Shown here in pieces: positions 23,501 through 35,700 of a DNA stretch of 64,000 bases. The translations under genes were made by a program, and so were the position numbers. Under the pieces are notes generated by a model. It was given only the letters and a program-made list of their open reading frames with translations. It had not been told where the DNA came from and ran no database searches. This DNA is from Paraspadella gotoi. Its lineage: Eukaryota; Animalia; Chaetognatha. The first letter of the stretch is position 1; each line of letters opens with the position of its first letter. The stretch lies in the NCBI GenBank assembly GCA_051294375.1, contig CM119268.1, forward strand, positions 169,437-233,436, read 5' to 3'.

Positions 23501-25983
23501 TTTTTTTCTGGCCACTCAGCTAAAGAAATTGTATTTTATTTAAATTTATATTATGTATTATTTATCTAATTCTATAATATTACTACATTCTTACAATAAT
23601 ATAGCTTTATTCAATTTATTATGTTCATCTTACCTCTGTCTTTTCGTTTTTTTATCTTCTCTCTTCAGCTTGCCTTTCTTCTTCTTGCCTGCTTTTCTAT
23701 TTATCAAGTCGACGCGCGTGGTGAAAAAGGCGAGTTATACCTCATCTAAGAATTTATTCTTCTTCGTCATCTCTCTCTCGTATTCTCTCTGTTTCATACT
23801 CTCCTGTCTCTCTATTTTCTCTCTTGATCCTGGTTTGCCTATGTCTGTCTCTCTGGGCTCCTGGTGTTGCATTATTTTGAGGAAATTCGAGAAGAAGCAG
23901 CAGAAGAGGGGCATTAAGAGGAGAGAAGAGAGAGAGAGAGAGAGTGAGAGAGAGGAGAGAAGAAGGAGAGAGAAGAGGAGAGGAGAGAGGATGAAATTTT
24001 GGTTCAAGATGGCGGACAAGAAAAATTAAAAGTTAAAAAAAATACGTTTTCGGCACTTTCGTTATTATAGATTAAAAGTCTCGAACTCTTTTTTATCGGT
24101 TAGATAAAAAGTAAGATTAAAGTTATAAAATATTAGAAAAATAAAATATTAACACAGATTATATTGTTAAGAAAATTTCTTTATGAAGTATTAAGATTAA
24201 GTTTGACAAAGGTAAAAACATGTGTGTAAAATTATAGGGAAAAAAAAGATTTCTCTTCAAAGATTTGATCGAAAACATAATTTTTTTTCTCAGAACTTGT
24301 GGGTTTTTTTTTTATTCATAAGTGTTCATCCTACAAATGAATCGAAAAATGAATGATCAGATAAATCAATCATTGAATTGTTTCTGTTTTTCGTCTCGCG
24401 GAGTTCTAAAGTTCAGCCATTCCAACTCTATGGGCATTCCGCTATTGAGGGCATGTCCAGACTGTCGGCATGTTCATCTCTTGGTGGATTCAGAACTTTC
24501 GTGTATCGCATCTTGGTGCATTCCAACTTTCGGCTTCAGCTTCTATGTGGCATCGCAGTTCGGCATTCCAGCTTTGGTGGCTTATTCAATACTTCTTCGT
24601 TTACACTCTTGGTGGCATTCAACTTCTTCGGCATTTCAGCTCTTGGTGGCATTCCATCATTCGGCATTCCAGCCTTGTGGAATTGCAAATCTTATTTCCT
24701 ACTCTTGGTTGGATCTCATTTCGGCTTCAGCTCTTGGCGGCATTTCAGACTTTCGTGTATTCACCTATGAGGGCATTCCAGACTTCTGGCATTCAGTCTT
24801 GGTGGAATTCAATCTTCGGCCTCTCAGCTCTTGGTGGCTTCCAACTCTTTGGCATTCCAGTCTTGGGTGGCTTCTATACTCTCGGATTCATCAGACTCTG
24901 GTGATTCCAGCGCTTGGATCACAGCTCTTGGTGGCATTCACCATACTCTTCGGCATTCTAGCTTATGGGTGGCATGTCACTCTGGGCATTTATGCTACTT
25001 GTGATTCCAGGTTTCGACATTCCGCTCTTTTGTGTGGTATTCCATCTCTTGAGACATTTCCACTTCGGCATTCAGCTTTGGTGGATTCCAGTGCTATTCG
25101 TATATCAGTCATGGTGGATTCAGCGCTTGCATTCAGTCGCTAGGTGCAATTTCAGCGCTTAGGCATTCAGCTTCTCCCGACATTCTTTACCAAGATTTTA
25201 AAAATTTTCTCAGAATTATAAGCTTAATAGTAATGTGATATTAATATTTTTTGTCGTTTCTTTAATCTAGATTAACTATTTTAAATTTACAATGGAATTT
25301 CAAATTGAATTTGCTCAGCGTCCATATTTGCTTCGCATTTGCTTGGACCATGAAAGTTCACAAACATTAGACCATAATAGTGTTACGGAATCATCGGCCT
25401 CGCGTGGAGACAAAAAGTAATTGTGATCTTCCTTTTCTGTTTATTGTTTTTCTGTCACGTTTTATGTCACGTTACTGTACAAGTGATGATCTGAGTAGGA
25501 TAAAGAACATTTGTTTATTCTTGTTTTTCTGTAGATAATTATGCGCGGTAATTGAATAAGTTTGTACGAATACTTCCCGATGTAATATAGACAATTGTAT
25601 AATTACTGTTCCCTCCTATTTCTTTTCTGAGAAAAGGAAAATACCAAACAAAAAGAATTTTTACTAGAAAAACAAAAGGCAAAAAAAAATTATGAAAAAT
25701 ACCATAAAACTTGAAAAACTGCGGTTTCCATCTCCCTTTTGCCGTTTTTTAACTGTTTTCGTCTTCCTCACAGCAGTTTTTCCCACCGTAGCTTCCATTT
25801 TTGCTTCTCGTCTCTCTCTCTCTCTCTCTCTCTCTCTATACTGCTCTCTCTCTCCTTCTCTTCTTGTCTCTGTCTCTCTCTCTCTCGTCTCTTTTTTTTT
25901 TCACTCTCTCTTCGGCTTTTCGCCTTTATCTTCCTCGAGACGGATGAGATTCAGGTAATGTTGTCTCTCCTCCCCGAGATATA

Positions 25984-26036
<53 letters not shown>

Positions 26037-28445
26037 TCTTCTCTCTCTCTCTCTCTTCTCTTTTTATCTCATGTTAACAAGGAGCCGATAAGCGAGCATT
26101 ACTGCCTTCCGCAAAGAGAAAGACCAGTTAAAGAGAGAAGGTTTCGCAGCCCAAGCTGAATTGGACTCCGTTCCGGTTGCTCGCAAATTACGAAGAAAGA
26201 CCAAATTAAAGAGTTAAACAAAAAGAAATTAAAAGCATTAAACCAAATAAAAAAAGAAAAAAAAAAAAAATTAATTCTGAGATTGGAGTATCTTTCTTTT
26301 CTTTGTGTTATAGACGATTTACAAAGAATTTTATGTCGGTGTTTGTTTACAACGATTATTTGATATTTATAAAAATGAACTAAAAGCGTTGTAAACAAAC
26401 GTCGAATAAAAATTGCTTTGTAAAAGATCAAACCAACAATTAAAGATTAAAACCAGAGATTAAAAATCTGACTGAAATCACCGATTAAAACGCAAAGATT
26501 AAAAATGATCTAATGATGTCATGCCATATTAAAAAATCTAAAATACTAAAACAGAGATTAAAGAATAACACGATTAAACCCAATAAAAAAAGATAACAAT
26601 GATTTGCAATCTTTTACCCTCTATCGACTGAGTTAGCTACATGACGGGTTAATTGAAGTCATCTTTCATTTCAACTCGATTTAATTTGATTAAAAATGAC
26701 TGATCACACCAGAAGATTTCTTCCGACGCAGTGCATTATCTTGGACAACCGACAATGACAACGCATAAGCGACGCATACAATCCTACATGCAATCCCCCT
26801 CCCCCGCTCCCTCCCCCCCCGCCCACAACGATATTACCAGCACACACGAACAACAACGATTTTGCCGGACGCACAACATAGAGATTATCTGCCTCGAACA
26901 TACGACGGAACTAAGTTGCCGACGTCAATCAGAGTCTTGCCCGAACTCAACGACGAATCCTTGCCGACGCAAACGACAATTTCGTCGACGTAATCCCGGA
27001 AATTTTTCTCTTCCTTTCTTCGGGGATTTGAGTCGTTCAATGAATTTGCAAAATTTATCAGTGCGACGTTCGACTACTTAATGTTTCTTTGAGTTTTTTT
27101 CTTTTATTTACTTGTTCCTTTTTCTCTTATGTCTCATTGGTATACTGTTCCTTCTTATGTTCTTATTGTTTTTTTTTTTCCTTTTTATTTGGTTTTGTTC
27201 TTCTCCATTGTTTTTTTCTTTATGTTATTTTTTTTTTTTTCCCTTTTTTAATTAATTTGTTTTTTTTCCGCGACTTCTTTCTGCATTGCGTTCTTTCCGC
27301 TAGTTGTTTTCCTTTATTCTCTTCGTTCTTTGTTCTTTTCGTCTTCTCATTCGCATATCGGCCATTACGTTCTTTTATTCATTCTTTTTCTATTCTTCTG
27401 TTTCCTTCCTTTTTCCTGTTGTCTTATTTTTTCTGTTCATCGTTCTCTTATGTCCTATAATTTTTACTCGTTTTTTTCTAGCTTTTCCGTTCTGCGTTTT
27501 TCATCTTGGTCTTTTTATTTCTCCAACTTGAAATAACTCACTCATCATCGACATGATGTACACGAGAGTTGTCCAGCTAACATGACATCCTTAAATCAGA
27601 CGGTTATTCATTGCTCATGTTTTCAGCCCATGATCTTTTCGCCCATGCTTTCCTTTGCAACAATCGTCGGTCCTCATGTCACGTTCGCCAGTGTCATATC
27701 TATGATCATCTTGAAGGAGATTCGAAGCCTAGTCTTCTGAAGGTCATGCCAAAGCAAGGGGCAGGATACAGCAATGGGAATCAAGGTATCAGTAATAGGG
27801 GGAAGGGAAAAAGAAAGGCGTTTTCGGACCCGAAGACCGAGTTGAGTTTGTTGTGTAAGCCGATCTCAACCCTGATCCGTGACGTGCGGATTGAGGGACG
27901 GAGGAGGCTCACCTGCTCTCTGAACAGTTCAGCATTATGCACCTTGTGCGTTCTCACCTCTGGCTTTCTTTTGTCCAGTCCCTCTTCCTACCTTGCTCAT
28001 CTCTCATTCCCGTGTCTCTCTCTGCCTCTTTCTCACCTCTCCTCTCAGCTCAACAGCTTGTCCTCCTCCTCCCCTCTTCATCTCTCAGGCTCTGACGAGC
28101 TCCTCTCGCGAATTTGGCGCTCGCATCAGCTGCATCCGCAGCAGAAGATGTTTCGCTTCCTCGAATATCAGCGCAGCCCGCAGCAGCATTTTGATTCTAT
28201 CGACGAATCGCCGCGGGTCATTTTGACGCATCTGCCGCTCAAGCTGCTGCCTGAAGGAGTGCTGCAGGGAAAGTGTAGAGTCATCAGGATATCAAGGTTA
28301 ATAAAGAATTGATTGATCAATTTATTAATTGATTGATTGATTGATAGATTGATTGAGTTTTGATCGATGTATGGAATGTTTTCTTTTTAAACAATTTGAT
28401 TTGATATTTATTTGTTTTAGTTGACTGGACTATTTAAATGTTTTG

Positions 28446-28476
<31 letters not shown>

Positions 28477-29825
28477 NNNNNNNNNNNNNNNNNNNNNNNN
28501 NNNNNNNNNNNNNNNNNNNNNNNNNNNNNNNNNNNNNNNNNNNNNNNNNNNNNNNNNNNNNNNNNNNNNNNNNNNNNNNNNNNNNNNNNNNNNNNNNNCC
28601 AGAAACCCTAAGGACATGTTAGTCTCTCATTTCCACCATTCCACAAACCTTAAATTCCATTTCTACTCGGATTCCTTCGCTAACTTTCTCCGTCTTCATC
28701 TTGAGTCACCAGATGACGCAGAATACGGAAACTATTTTCGTTTTGAAAGAGAATACATTGAAGAATTAAGGTGAGCTGGAACGATGAGCTTTTTATCAAT
28801 GTTTGTAATGTTTTACTAGTGGTCCAAAGCTCCTTACATCCAATTGAAACAGTTTTATATTATTATGCCACTTAATAATAAATAAAGAGACTGTGAGAGA
28901 GTCTTGATTGAAAGCTTGCAGGAGGAGGCAAGATGGTTGTTAAAATGCTTGTATTAATTGCATAATGATAATCAAAAGGGTTTAAAGCATAAATTGACCA
29001 TTAGTTCTCTTCTTTAAACAACTACTTGGCCTACAAATATATCAATTATAAATTTTAATACAATTTTTCTACTATTTCTCTCTCATTTTATTAATGCCCA
29101 TTTGTTTCCCATTTTTCTTCCATTCTGACCTTTTTTCCTTTTATCTCTCTCTCTTTTTATCCCTCTTTCCTTTCTCTCCTCCCTCCCTTTCCTTCCCCAA
29201 CCAGTGGCTCCCCGAATGTCATTCACGTCACCTTTGAAAATCTTCGTCTCAACGGATCGAAGACAATGAAGTTAATCGGAGAATTTTTGAATCTCGATAG
29301 AAATGAAGATTTTTATCGTCAGGTCAACATTCTCTCNNNNNNNNNNNNNNNNNNNNNNNNNTTCTCTTCTCTTTCTCTCATCTGCTACTGCTCTCTTCTC
29401 TCTCTCTCTCTCTCTCATCTCTCTATCTTTCTCTCTCTCTCTCTCTGTCTCTTCTCTTCTTCACTTTTTCTTTTATTCTTTCTTCCCCCCAGGTGGCGGG
29501 ACGCTACATATTCGCTCGAGTCTAAATGGCGCCAACATCAAAATGGTCTAAATTTTTCCAAACAAAGGGAACATCTTGCGCCGGGAGGAAGTTCGTAAGG
29601 CAGATTGGGCGGAAAACACTCTTACCGGGTTGGAGATGAATGGCAGAAGAGGGACCAGAAAAGGATAGAGGGGGAGTGGGGGCGGCAGAAGTATGGAGAC
29701 GCATGTTTTGAAAACACTTTACCGTTGAGATGAATGAGAGAGTGGACGAAAAGATAGAGAGGGAGTGGGGCGGGACAGAGTTGGAGACCATGTTTTATTA
29801 TGGAGAGAAAGAGAAGAGAGAGTGA
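11433..29825 (+). CDS. Spliced cytosolic-type sulfotransferase (Sulfotransfer_1 family) gene; whole locus, with sequencing-type frameshifts
   Basis: Exons give DDIFVVSHMKCGHHFLHE (5'-PSB region), SPRVILTHLPLKLLP (catalytic His), CRVIRISRNPKDMLVSHFHH (3'-PB), NVIHVTFENL and ...KHFTVEMNERVDEKI, in canonical SULT order with GT/AG borders. Confidence 0.9.
11583..11745. repeat. AT-rich ~31-bp tandem repeat
   Basis: TAATGTTAATCTTAAATTATAATGTTAATAT units, about 5 copies. Confidence 0.85.
11786..12467. mobile_element. MITE-like element with ~30-bp terminal inverted repeats, TA at both ends
   Basis: Left TAGATTAGGGACAGTTTGTTAATTGGCAAC (11786-11815); right GTTGCCAAATTACCAGAAACTCCTGTCCCTAACTCTA (12431-12467). 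The inverted copy reads the right end as TAGATTAGGGGACAGAGTTTGGTAATTGGCAAC (about 37986). Confidence 0.7.
11878..11932 (-). ncRNA. Penelope-type minimal hammerhead ribozyme motif (noisy copy)
   Basis: Minus strand CTGgAcaTGA-AGGCTtC-gaacatcata-GAGCC-GAAAC-GT-GTT. Stem II (GGCTC/GAGCC) and GAAAC are present; the core has insertions here but is intact in the duplicate at 38522. Confidence 0.6.
13153..13253 (+). CDS. Candidate sulfotransferase exon 2
   Basis: GC-rich island after TTAG (13149-13152) with donor GTGCGG at 13254. One frame reads ...PPFDVL...; the frame is uncertain because this copy and the inverted copy (about 37210-37312) differ by indels. Confidence 0.5.
13263..13530 (+). repeat. 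~23-24-bp intronic minisatellite ATGCTTTCCTTACAGGTACGG(CA/AC), about 11 copies
   Basis: Directly visible; mirrored at about 36935-37200. Confidence 0.9.
13908..14070 (+). repeat. ~27-bp minisatellite AATATGGCCTCTTTCCCCTTTATATC abutting the exon acceptor
   Basis: About 6 degenerate units; the N-terminal half of ORF 13895..14206 is its translation. Confidence 0.85.
14086..14197 (+). CDS. Sulfotransferase exon with 5'-PSB loop
   Basis: TTTTTCAG acceptor; SESNWRRILNEIKKFRVKSDDIFVVSHMKCGHHFLHE; donor GTGGGT at 14198. Confidence 0.88.
16124..18480 (+). mobile_element. Possible degenerate LTR-retrotransposon relic (LTR-like segment, gag zinc knuckles, protease-like remnant)
   Basis: Purine tract GGGAGGGAGG (16124-16133) followed by TATGATGTG and AATAAA at 16345. 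Knuckle-like starts CYG.CG (17974) and CYRCNK (18037); VRALD...DT at about 18217. Sequence is very noisy. Confidence 0.3.
19060..19300. promoter_or_regulatory. CpG-rich promoter-like island
   Basis: CCAAT 19067, GC boxes GGGGCGGAG 19223 and GGGCGTGG 19233, ETS-like CGGAAGTG 19270, many CpGs against an AT-rich background. Confidence 0.45.
21592..21640 (-). ncRNA. Penelope-type minimal hammerhead ribozyme motif
   Basis: Minus strand TAGACG-CTGATGA-AGCTG-gatatat-CAGCC-GAAAC-A-GTC-GTATA, followed by AATAAAAAATTTGTTGCAC. Catalytic boxes CUGAUGA and GAAA, stem II GCTG/CAGC and a GUC triplet are present. Confidence 0.7.
22630..23872 (-). CDS. Possible multi-exon gene encoding a highly charged (E/K/R-rich) protein, frameshifted
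   Basis: ATG 23872 MQHQEPRETDIGKPGSREKIERQES...; donors GAG|GTAAGA (exon end 23634) and CAG|GTAGAC (exon end 23022); acceptor TTTTTAG| at 22852. No recognisable domain. Confidence 0.3.
24410..25175. repeat. Degenerate minisatellite built from ~17-19-bp subunits (TTCGGCATTCCAGCTCTTGGTGGCATTCCAACTC)
   Basis: Recurrent GGCATTC(C)AG and CTCTTGGTGG motifs; the overlapping ORFs 24322-25162 are by-products. Confidence 0.85.
28089..28296 (+). CDS. Sulfotransferase exon with catalytic THLP motif
   Basis: CTCTCAG acceptor; LLSRIW...KMFRFLEYQRSPQQHFDSIDESPRVILTHLPLKLLPEGVLQGKCRVIRIS; donor GTTAAT at 28297. One indel near the start (the inverted copy suggests VxTMLL). Confidence 0.9.
28603..28770 (+). 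CDS. Sulfotransferase exon with 3'-PB motif
   Basis: CCAG acceptor; RNPKDMLVSHFHHSTNLKFHFYSDSFANFLRLHLESPDDAEYGNYFRFEREYIEEL; donor GTGAGC; 168 nt, phase 2-2, consistent with its neighbours. Confidence 0.92.
29205..29322 (+). CDS. Sulfotransferase exon
   Basis: Pyrimidine tract plus CCAG; SGSPNVIHVTFENLRLNGSKTMKLIGEFLNLDRNEDFYRQ; donor GTCAAC; phase 2-0. Confidence 0.9.
29493..29825 (+). CDS. Sulfotransferase terminal exon (5' part noisy and internally duplicated)
   Basis: CCCCAG acceptor; corrupted R-x-G-x-x-G-D-W region at about 29575-29610; clean KHFTVEMNERVDEKIEREWGGTELETMFYYGEKEKRE-stop at 29712-29825. Confidence 0.8.
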
Positions 29826-29826
29826 G

Positions 29827-29867
<41 letters not shown>

Positions 29868-32759
29868 TGAGGAGAGAGAGAGAGAAAGAGAGAGAGAGAA
29901 AAATTTATATGTATATTTGTTTATATATAGGATTTTTGGACATTTACAAATATACATAGATAAGCCGGGTTTTATCAACTTTGATACAGTTTATTTTTAC
30001 AGTGTTTGTATATGATGGTAAAATATTTTTAATATTAAAACCAGAAGTTAAAAATTGTAATGTTACCCACAAAAAAAAAGTAGAAAATTTATTGTGTACG
30101 AGGGTATATTTTTTTTCATTTATTTATTTGGACGAGACAATTTGATATATAATAAACAAGTTGTTTGAAAATTTGAGCATTTACCTCTTGATTTATAAAA
30201 AAAAATAATATTTTTGATTGTATTAAATTTTCAGTTATCATGGGTGATTTGGTTCATTTAGCCCTTCAAATAATCAATATATTTGGGTACTTTACGTTTG
30301 TTTTCGTTAGGTACAAGTCTATTTGCCGCTGATCAAATTGCTCTTTTCTCCGATCTGTTTAAATATCGGAGATAATTTCCCGCTTGGACTATTTGTCGAC
30401 CCTCTTTTGAACGCCAAATTGAAGTTGAAAAAGTAGGATAATTCGAAATATCTGTTGCATCAAAACGACAACCTTTAACCTTAACCTTTAACGCATGGCA
30501 TTTCTTTTGATCAAAGATGATTCTCATTAACGTCAAGACGTCGATAAAGAACTCATGAGTCTCTACCTGCAAGGTGGTCCGAGCTTCTGCGATTCATTGT
30601 CAAGATTCGTCATCTTCGTCATTGCACGGACATTGTGTCTTGAATTCTTTGAAACATTTAGGGGTTCGCGCTATGTCTCTTCGTCATTTGATCCCCACCG
30701 TTACTTCATAAATTAATAGTTATATTAAACGATAAAGTAATGAGTTCCATTCATGCGGAATGTCTAAGAATTTGAAGTTTATTCAGCTTTGATTCCTGAA
30801 GATATTATTGATAACTTTTCTTTAACTTTATTCTTTATTTTCCAGGTTTCATGTCTAATACCCAAAAAACTTTCAATCATGCCGCTTCGACGTCGGTTGC
30901 TCTTTCGTATCGCATCGAGTCATAGAAGATTTCCTCCGAGTGGCATATATTTGATTCTTATATGGTCTCAGGAGACAGTTGCCGCCAAGACGTGGGAATG
31001 TTACTTTTAAGAATATTTAAACATATTTCTGGCATACAAATTCAAGCATGGTTAGTTTTTAGAGCCCCGAAAGGCCTTTTGACGATTAGAAGGAAGTTTT
31101 ATTTTTAATGAATTCATCGCCCGGTGGGGGCGATTGATTCAGAGGTGCGTGAGTGGAATGTGCAGCGAGAGATGGTGAAGTTGGGTGCACATGTGATAGG
31201 AGGTGAAGAAAGAGGGATTGGGATGCGGAGTAATGTTATTTTATTAATTTAGTATTGATGATTATAGTTTTTGATAATTGCATAGATATTGGATTAGGAT
31301 TTTAATTTTGAATTAGATAGTTAGTAAATGGTTACTTTGTAGATTTTTTATTCGGTTTTAGTCGATGGTATTATTGTTTGGTTTATTAGAAATAGTTTCA
31401 TTAGATTATGATTTTTTTAAATTTGAAAATATTAGTCAAATTAAGAAATATATTGAGCTATTGTAAAAAGGTCGTGTGTCCAAAATGGCTTTTTTCAATT
31501 AAATATCAAGATATGTTTAGAAAATACTTTAGGTTATGCAAGAAAATCAAGTTTTTTCAGTATCCACATCCGGTAAATACTTTTTGAGTATGGCTTTTGT
31601 TATTACACCGATTTTGAAGGTGGAGACAAACCATCTTTGAGGTGTAAGGATAGAACAAAGAAACAACCAGTTATCAGATGTCAGCCTTTAAAATGCATGA
31701 ATTAATATTTGAGCCTGAAATTGTGAGGAATGCACTCAATATGTACAGTAAGATTGTGCTAAAACTCGGCCGGTAATTTAAAGTCATTGGGGAAAAAGAA
31801 AATAACACTGTGTTCGTTAAAAAAGATTTGAAGAAATATTTTAATAGCATTTTAAAAATAATCATTTAAGGGGACCCAGTGATAAAAATGATATCATAAG
31901 CTTAAGGGTCTATCATCAAAGGAATTTGAATGGTGATAGTCATTAATTTTTCTTTGCACGGAAAGTGGCAAAAAAATTGTTATCTCTTATTGTAGCGGAA
32001 ACAAAAATTTAATAATTATGAAAAAAACATTGATGTTGACCCTACCTAATATATCTATAATCCGTTATTTTATTGTTTTGCATTAAGAAAGTATTTTTTA
32101 CTAAATTCAAATTTTTTATTTTTTACTGTACAAGCTACAAATTTTAGGTTTAAGTCTCATGAACAAAGGGCTTTACAAGACTAATATTTTTTTATTTTTT
32201 TATATTTAGTTAAAAGCAGACAAATCAAACCTAAATTCTATTCTTTACAGAAACAAAACTGGAATAATTATTAATTAATATTCATATTCATCCTTTAAAA
32301 TCTATTATTAAACTATATTGATTCTTAATTATAAATATTAAAAATTTAGCAAATTACAAGAATCTTTTCTCCTTTTTTTATATTATATAATTACTTCAAA
32401 GAGTTTTATTTTCATTCAATTACAGAATCATTTTAAAAGAAAGTTTAAATAAAATCAGTCGATACCTTAAATTTTGATTCATTCCTAGTTTTTTTTCTTA
32501 TAAATTTTTGTAATAAAAGCTGAAAATCTTTTTAAAATTAGATCTTACCTTTTTTTGGAAAAAAAAAATTTTAAACTTGAAAAGAATTTTTCTTCTTACC
32601 GATTTCCTTAAAGAAAATTAGCTCGCTGATTTTATCGAATTTTTTTAACTACTTTCCCAAATGATTATAGAAGAAAAATTATATGAACAGACACGCTTAA
32701 GTTAAGGGTCAAACGTTATGTTTCAGCTTTTTACCCCCCCTGTTCACGGCGTTGGCGCC

Positions 32760-35700
32760 CCTTAAAAAGAGACTATATGTCATATTTGAAATGGATTGCA
32801 GTCAGAATTAATTCAAAATACAGACTTGTGTTTATTTAGTGACTGGTAACCAGAATCAATGTGATCATATTATATCAAATTGGTGTGCTCCAAGTCTGGA
32901 CCTGAGAATTAGGTGATGATATTAACTATGGAAGAAATATAGGTCACCAATATCGTGAAATAATTAAATAAACGCCCGACTACAGGTTAACAGAAATCGA
33001 AATATTTATCTACGCTGTTTCATGTTCAGTGAGATTGGAGCCCATTGAACATTGGAGTAAAAAAACAAAGAAGTTTAACCATAAAAGACCACAAGTTTTT
33101 AATATCTCGGGTATTAAATAATTCCCAAAATTACTCAACTAACTGTAACACTCATAAACTCATATCACACATGGTCTTAAATGTTATAATCGTGTGTAGA
33201 TCAGAAAGCTATGGATTAATCGGAACTAATGCTATAAATCCTGAGTGTATATAATTACAATGTCGACAAAGGCAACTCCCGACGAGTATAACTTCAAACA
33301 GACTGATCCTCATCGGAGTCTAGGGATGTATCATCATCAATGTCTACCGCAAAGTCGTCCCGGATCTCTCTCTGGCGTCCCTCTCCCTTCTCTGCTTCTT
33401 CTAGCTTCTGCTGTGATCTCGCTTCCTCCTCTTTACCTCACTCGTTGCTCTTAAGCTCTCTTCTCTCTCCATAAGGCCATTAATGAACTCGCTCTGCCGA
33501 CAGCGTCTGTCCACAGCCCCACAATCCTCTCTATCGTATCGACCCTCGCGATCACTGCTACTAACATGCACCTCTCACCGGGGCGTATTGACGTGATGTG
33601 TCGCCAATCGCCCTACGCTTGCTCCGAGCGACCAAATAGATGTTCCGCCTTGTAGGGAAAAAAAAATTGAGCAGTTCATGCATTGGACCCGCGTGGTTGA
33701 ACTCTGGAGTCGAATGCATGTAGCGTCCGGCCACGCCTGGGGGAAAAGAATATAAAAAGTGAAGACAGTGGGTGTAGAGAGACGGAGGAAGATGATGGAG
33801 AGAAAGATTGGGTAGGAGAGAGAGAGAGAGCTGAGAGAGAGGAGAGAGAAAGAGAAGGGGGTAGTGGCAAGGTAGAATGAGAAGAAAGACTGGCCGAGCA
33901 CTGGCTGTAGACACTGACGATAGGGAGAAAAATACAATGTCTTTAATTATCGTGCAGATATCAAGAATATTTCAGAAAGTAAATGCGAGGCTCTTTGTAT
34001 AGAGTGAAATAACTAGCTAACTTTAGGAAAAACTAGTTATAATAGAAAGTCATGGAGACTATCAGACAATAAGCCCGAGTTAAAGATCGTGTAGACGAAG
34101 ATCAAAGGGACGTACGATGCCAAAATGACAATCACAGAGAGAAAAAGCACAAAACCGGAGAGGAAAGCCATGGTTGTTGGGAAGGAAAGGGAGGGAGGAG
34201 AGAAAGGAAAGAGGATAAAAAGAAGAGAAGAAGAGAAAAAGATAAAAAGGAAAAAAAGGGTCGAAATGAAGAAAAAAAAAGATAGGAAAGAAGTAAGTGG
34301 GAAAAAAGACGAATAGAAAATGAGAGGAAAGGAGCGAACCGTTGAATGGCTCCACATCAACCGCGTCGAGATGATGAATTGAGTCGAGATGGTGTGAAGC
34401 GTGCAGGAACCCAAGTATTTTCAGACGCGGATGTCCTCGAAGTCAATATCCTCCAAAAAGATTTATTGATGAGCGGTGCAGGTAACTAGTTAGGAAAACG
34501 AAGTCCTTAGTAGATAAATTACGTATCCCGAGTGATATATCGTTTTTAAGGCGCGTAGTAAAGTAGTGTTTATAATGAATAAGAAAATAATATAATTGTT
34601 TTACTGGATCCAATTTATGCTATTCTAAATCATCCTTGTGTCCTTAATATAAATTCATATATGCAAAATTTTTATACGAGTACCGCACGTCCGTAAAAAC
34701 GTTATTATCTGCTTACCGTCCGCTCCGCAAGCTCTCAATCTCGAAGAAACTCTCTCACAGTACCATATTATCTCTCACAATTATGTTAGTGGACCCATAA
34801 ATAATATAACTGAAGTGTCAATCGATGTGGATAATTGGTCACGTCGCCGGTGTGTAAGAGAGGAAAGCTTTATAAAGAGAAGGACCAACATAAAGACCTG
34901 TAGGTTAAAAACGATTACAATATTCAGGTTGGAATAAAATAAGGGACTAAAGTACATATAGCTCCGCAATTAGCATGTCGTGATCTAGATATTGTCTTTC
35001 AAAAGAGAATAGTATTGCCGTATTCTATGCTGCCACTCTCGGTAGATTTCAAGATCGCTAAGATCAGCGAGAAAAGTATAGTGCTTAAGGATATCTGTTA
35101 GTGTAGAAATTGCAATTTAGGTTTGGTGTGGCGTTCTCGAAGTGGTGGACAGGCATGAACGAGACATAATCCTACACTGTTCTTAGTGGGTTGGTATATT
35201 CTGGAATATGATGCGGGTACGAGAGCGGGGATGAGTGAAGAGGTTGAGACACGTATGCAGATAGGATGAGGTAGAAATGTCACAAAGTCTAACGGAAAGG
35301 TTAAAACAAAATGTGGACTTGTGTTAGATTTTGTTGATTATATTCAGCATCCTCTAGATCTTGCTAAGTATGGATAACTTTCAATTCTTTATTCATCTTA
35401 TTGATTCTTGATGTAATGAATTTCTTCCCGAAAGACTTGAGGATTAGCCCATTGACCCATCCTGCCAGAATGAGCTTGAATGTACGTGAGATCGGCAAAA
35501 TCTCAGGAAAATAAACATTTAAAAAAGTATCCAGCTCAACTAATACCACCCATTAGACTGAGACAATCCAAATCCAGGACTTAAATTGTTTAAAAAGAAA
35601 ACAACATTTCCCCATGAACAGGTGCGATCAAACACTCCACTACTAAACTACCACTCCGCCCAGCAATCATCAATCAAATAAGATAGAATGCATCATTAAC

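Noticed and set aside
23014-23569. Phe/Ser/Leu-rich membrane-like ORFs (also 27089-27536, 43721-44176, 45219-45710, 59700-60009)
   Set aside because: Translations of T/C-rich or (GA)n simple repeats.
24322-25175. CRISPR-like repeat/spacer appearance and a 273-aa ORF
   Set aside because: Units are contiguous degenerate repeats without unique spacers; eukaryotic context and no cas genes.
11433-29825. Calling the sulfotransferase a pseudogene because of frameshifts
   Set aside because: Indels occur in noisy gap-fill segments and differ between the two copies, while the clean exons are intact with matching phases.
31867-32764. TTAAGGGG...CCCCTTAA pair suggesting a TTAA-target DNA transposon
   Set aside because: Inverted match does not extend convincingly beyond 8 bp, and the right end coincides with the junction of the noisy duplicate.
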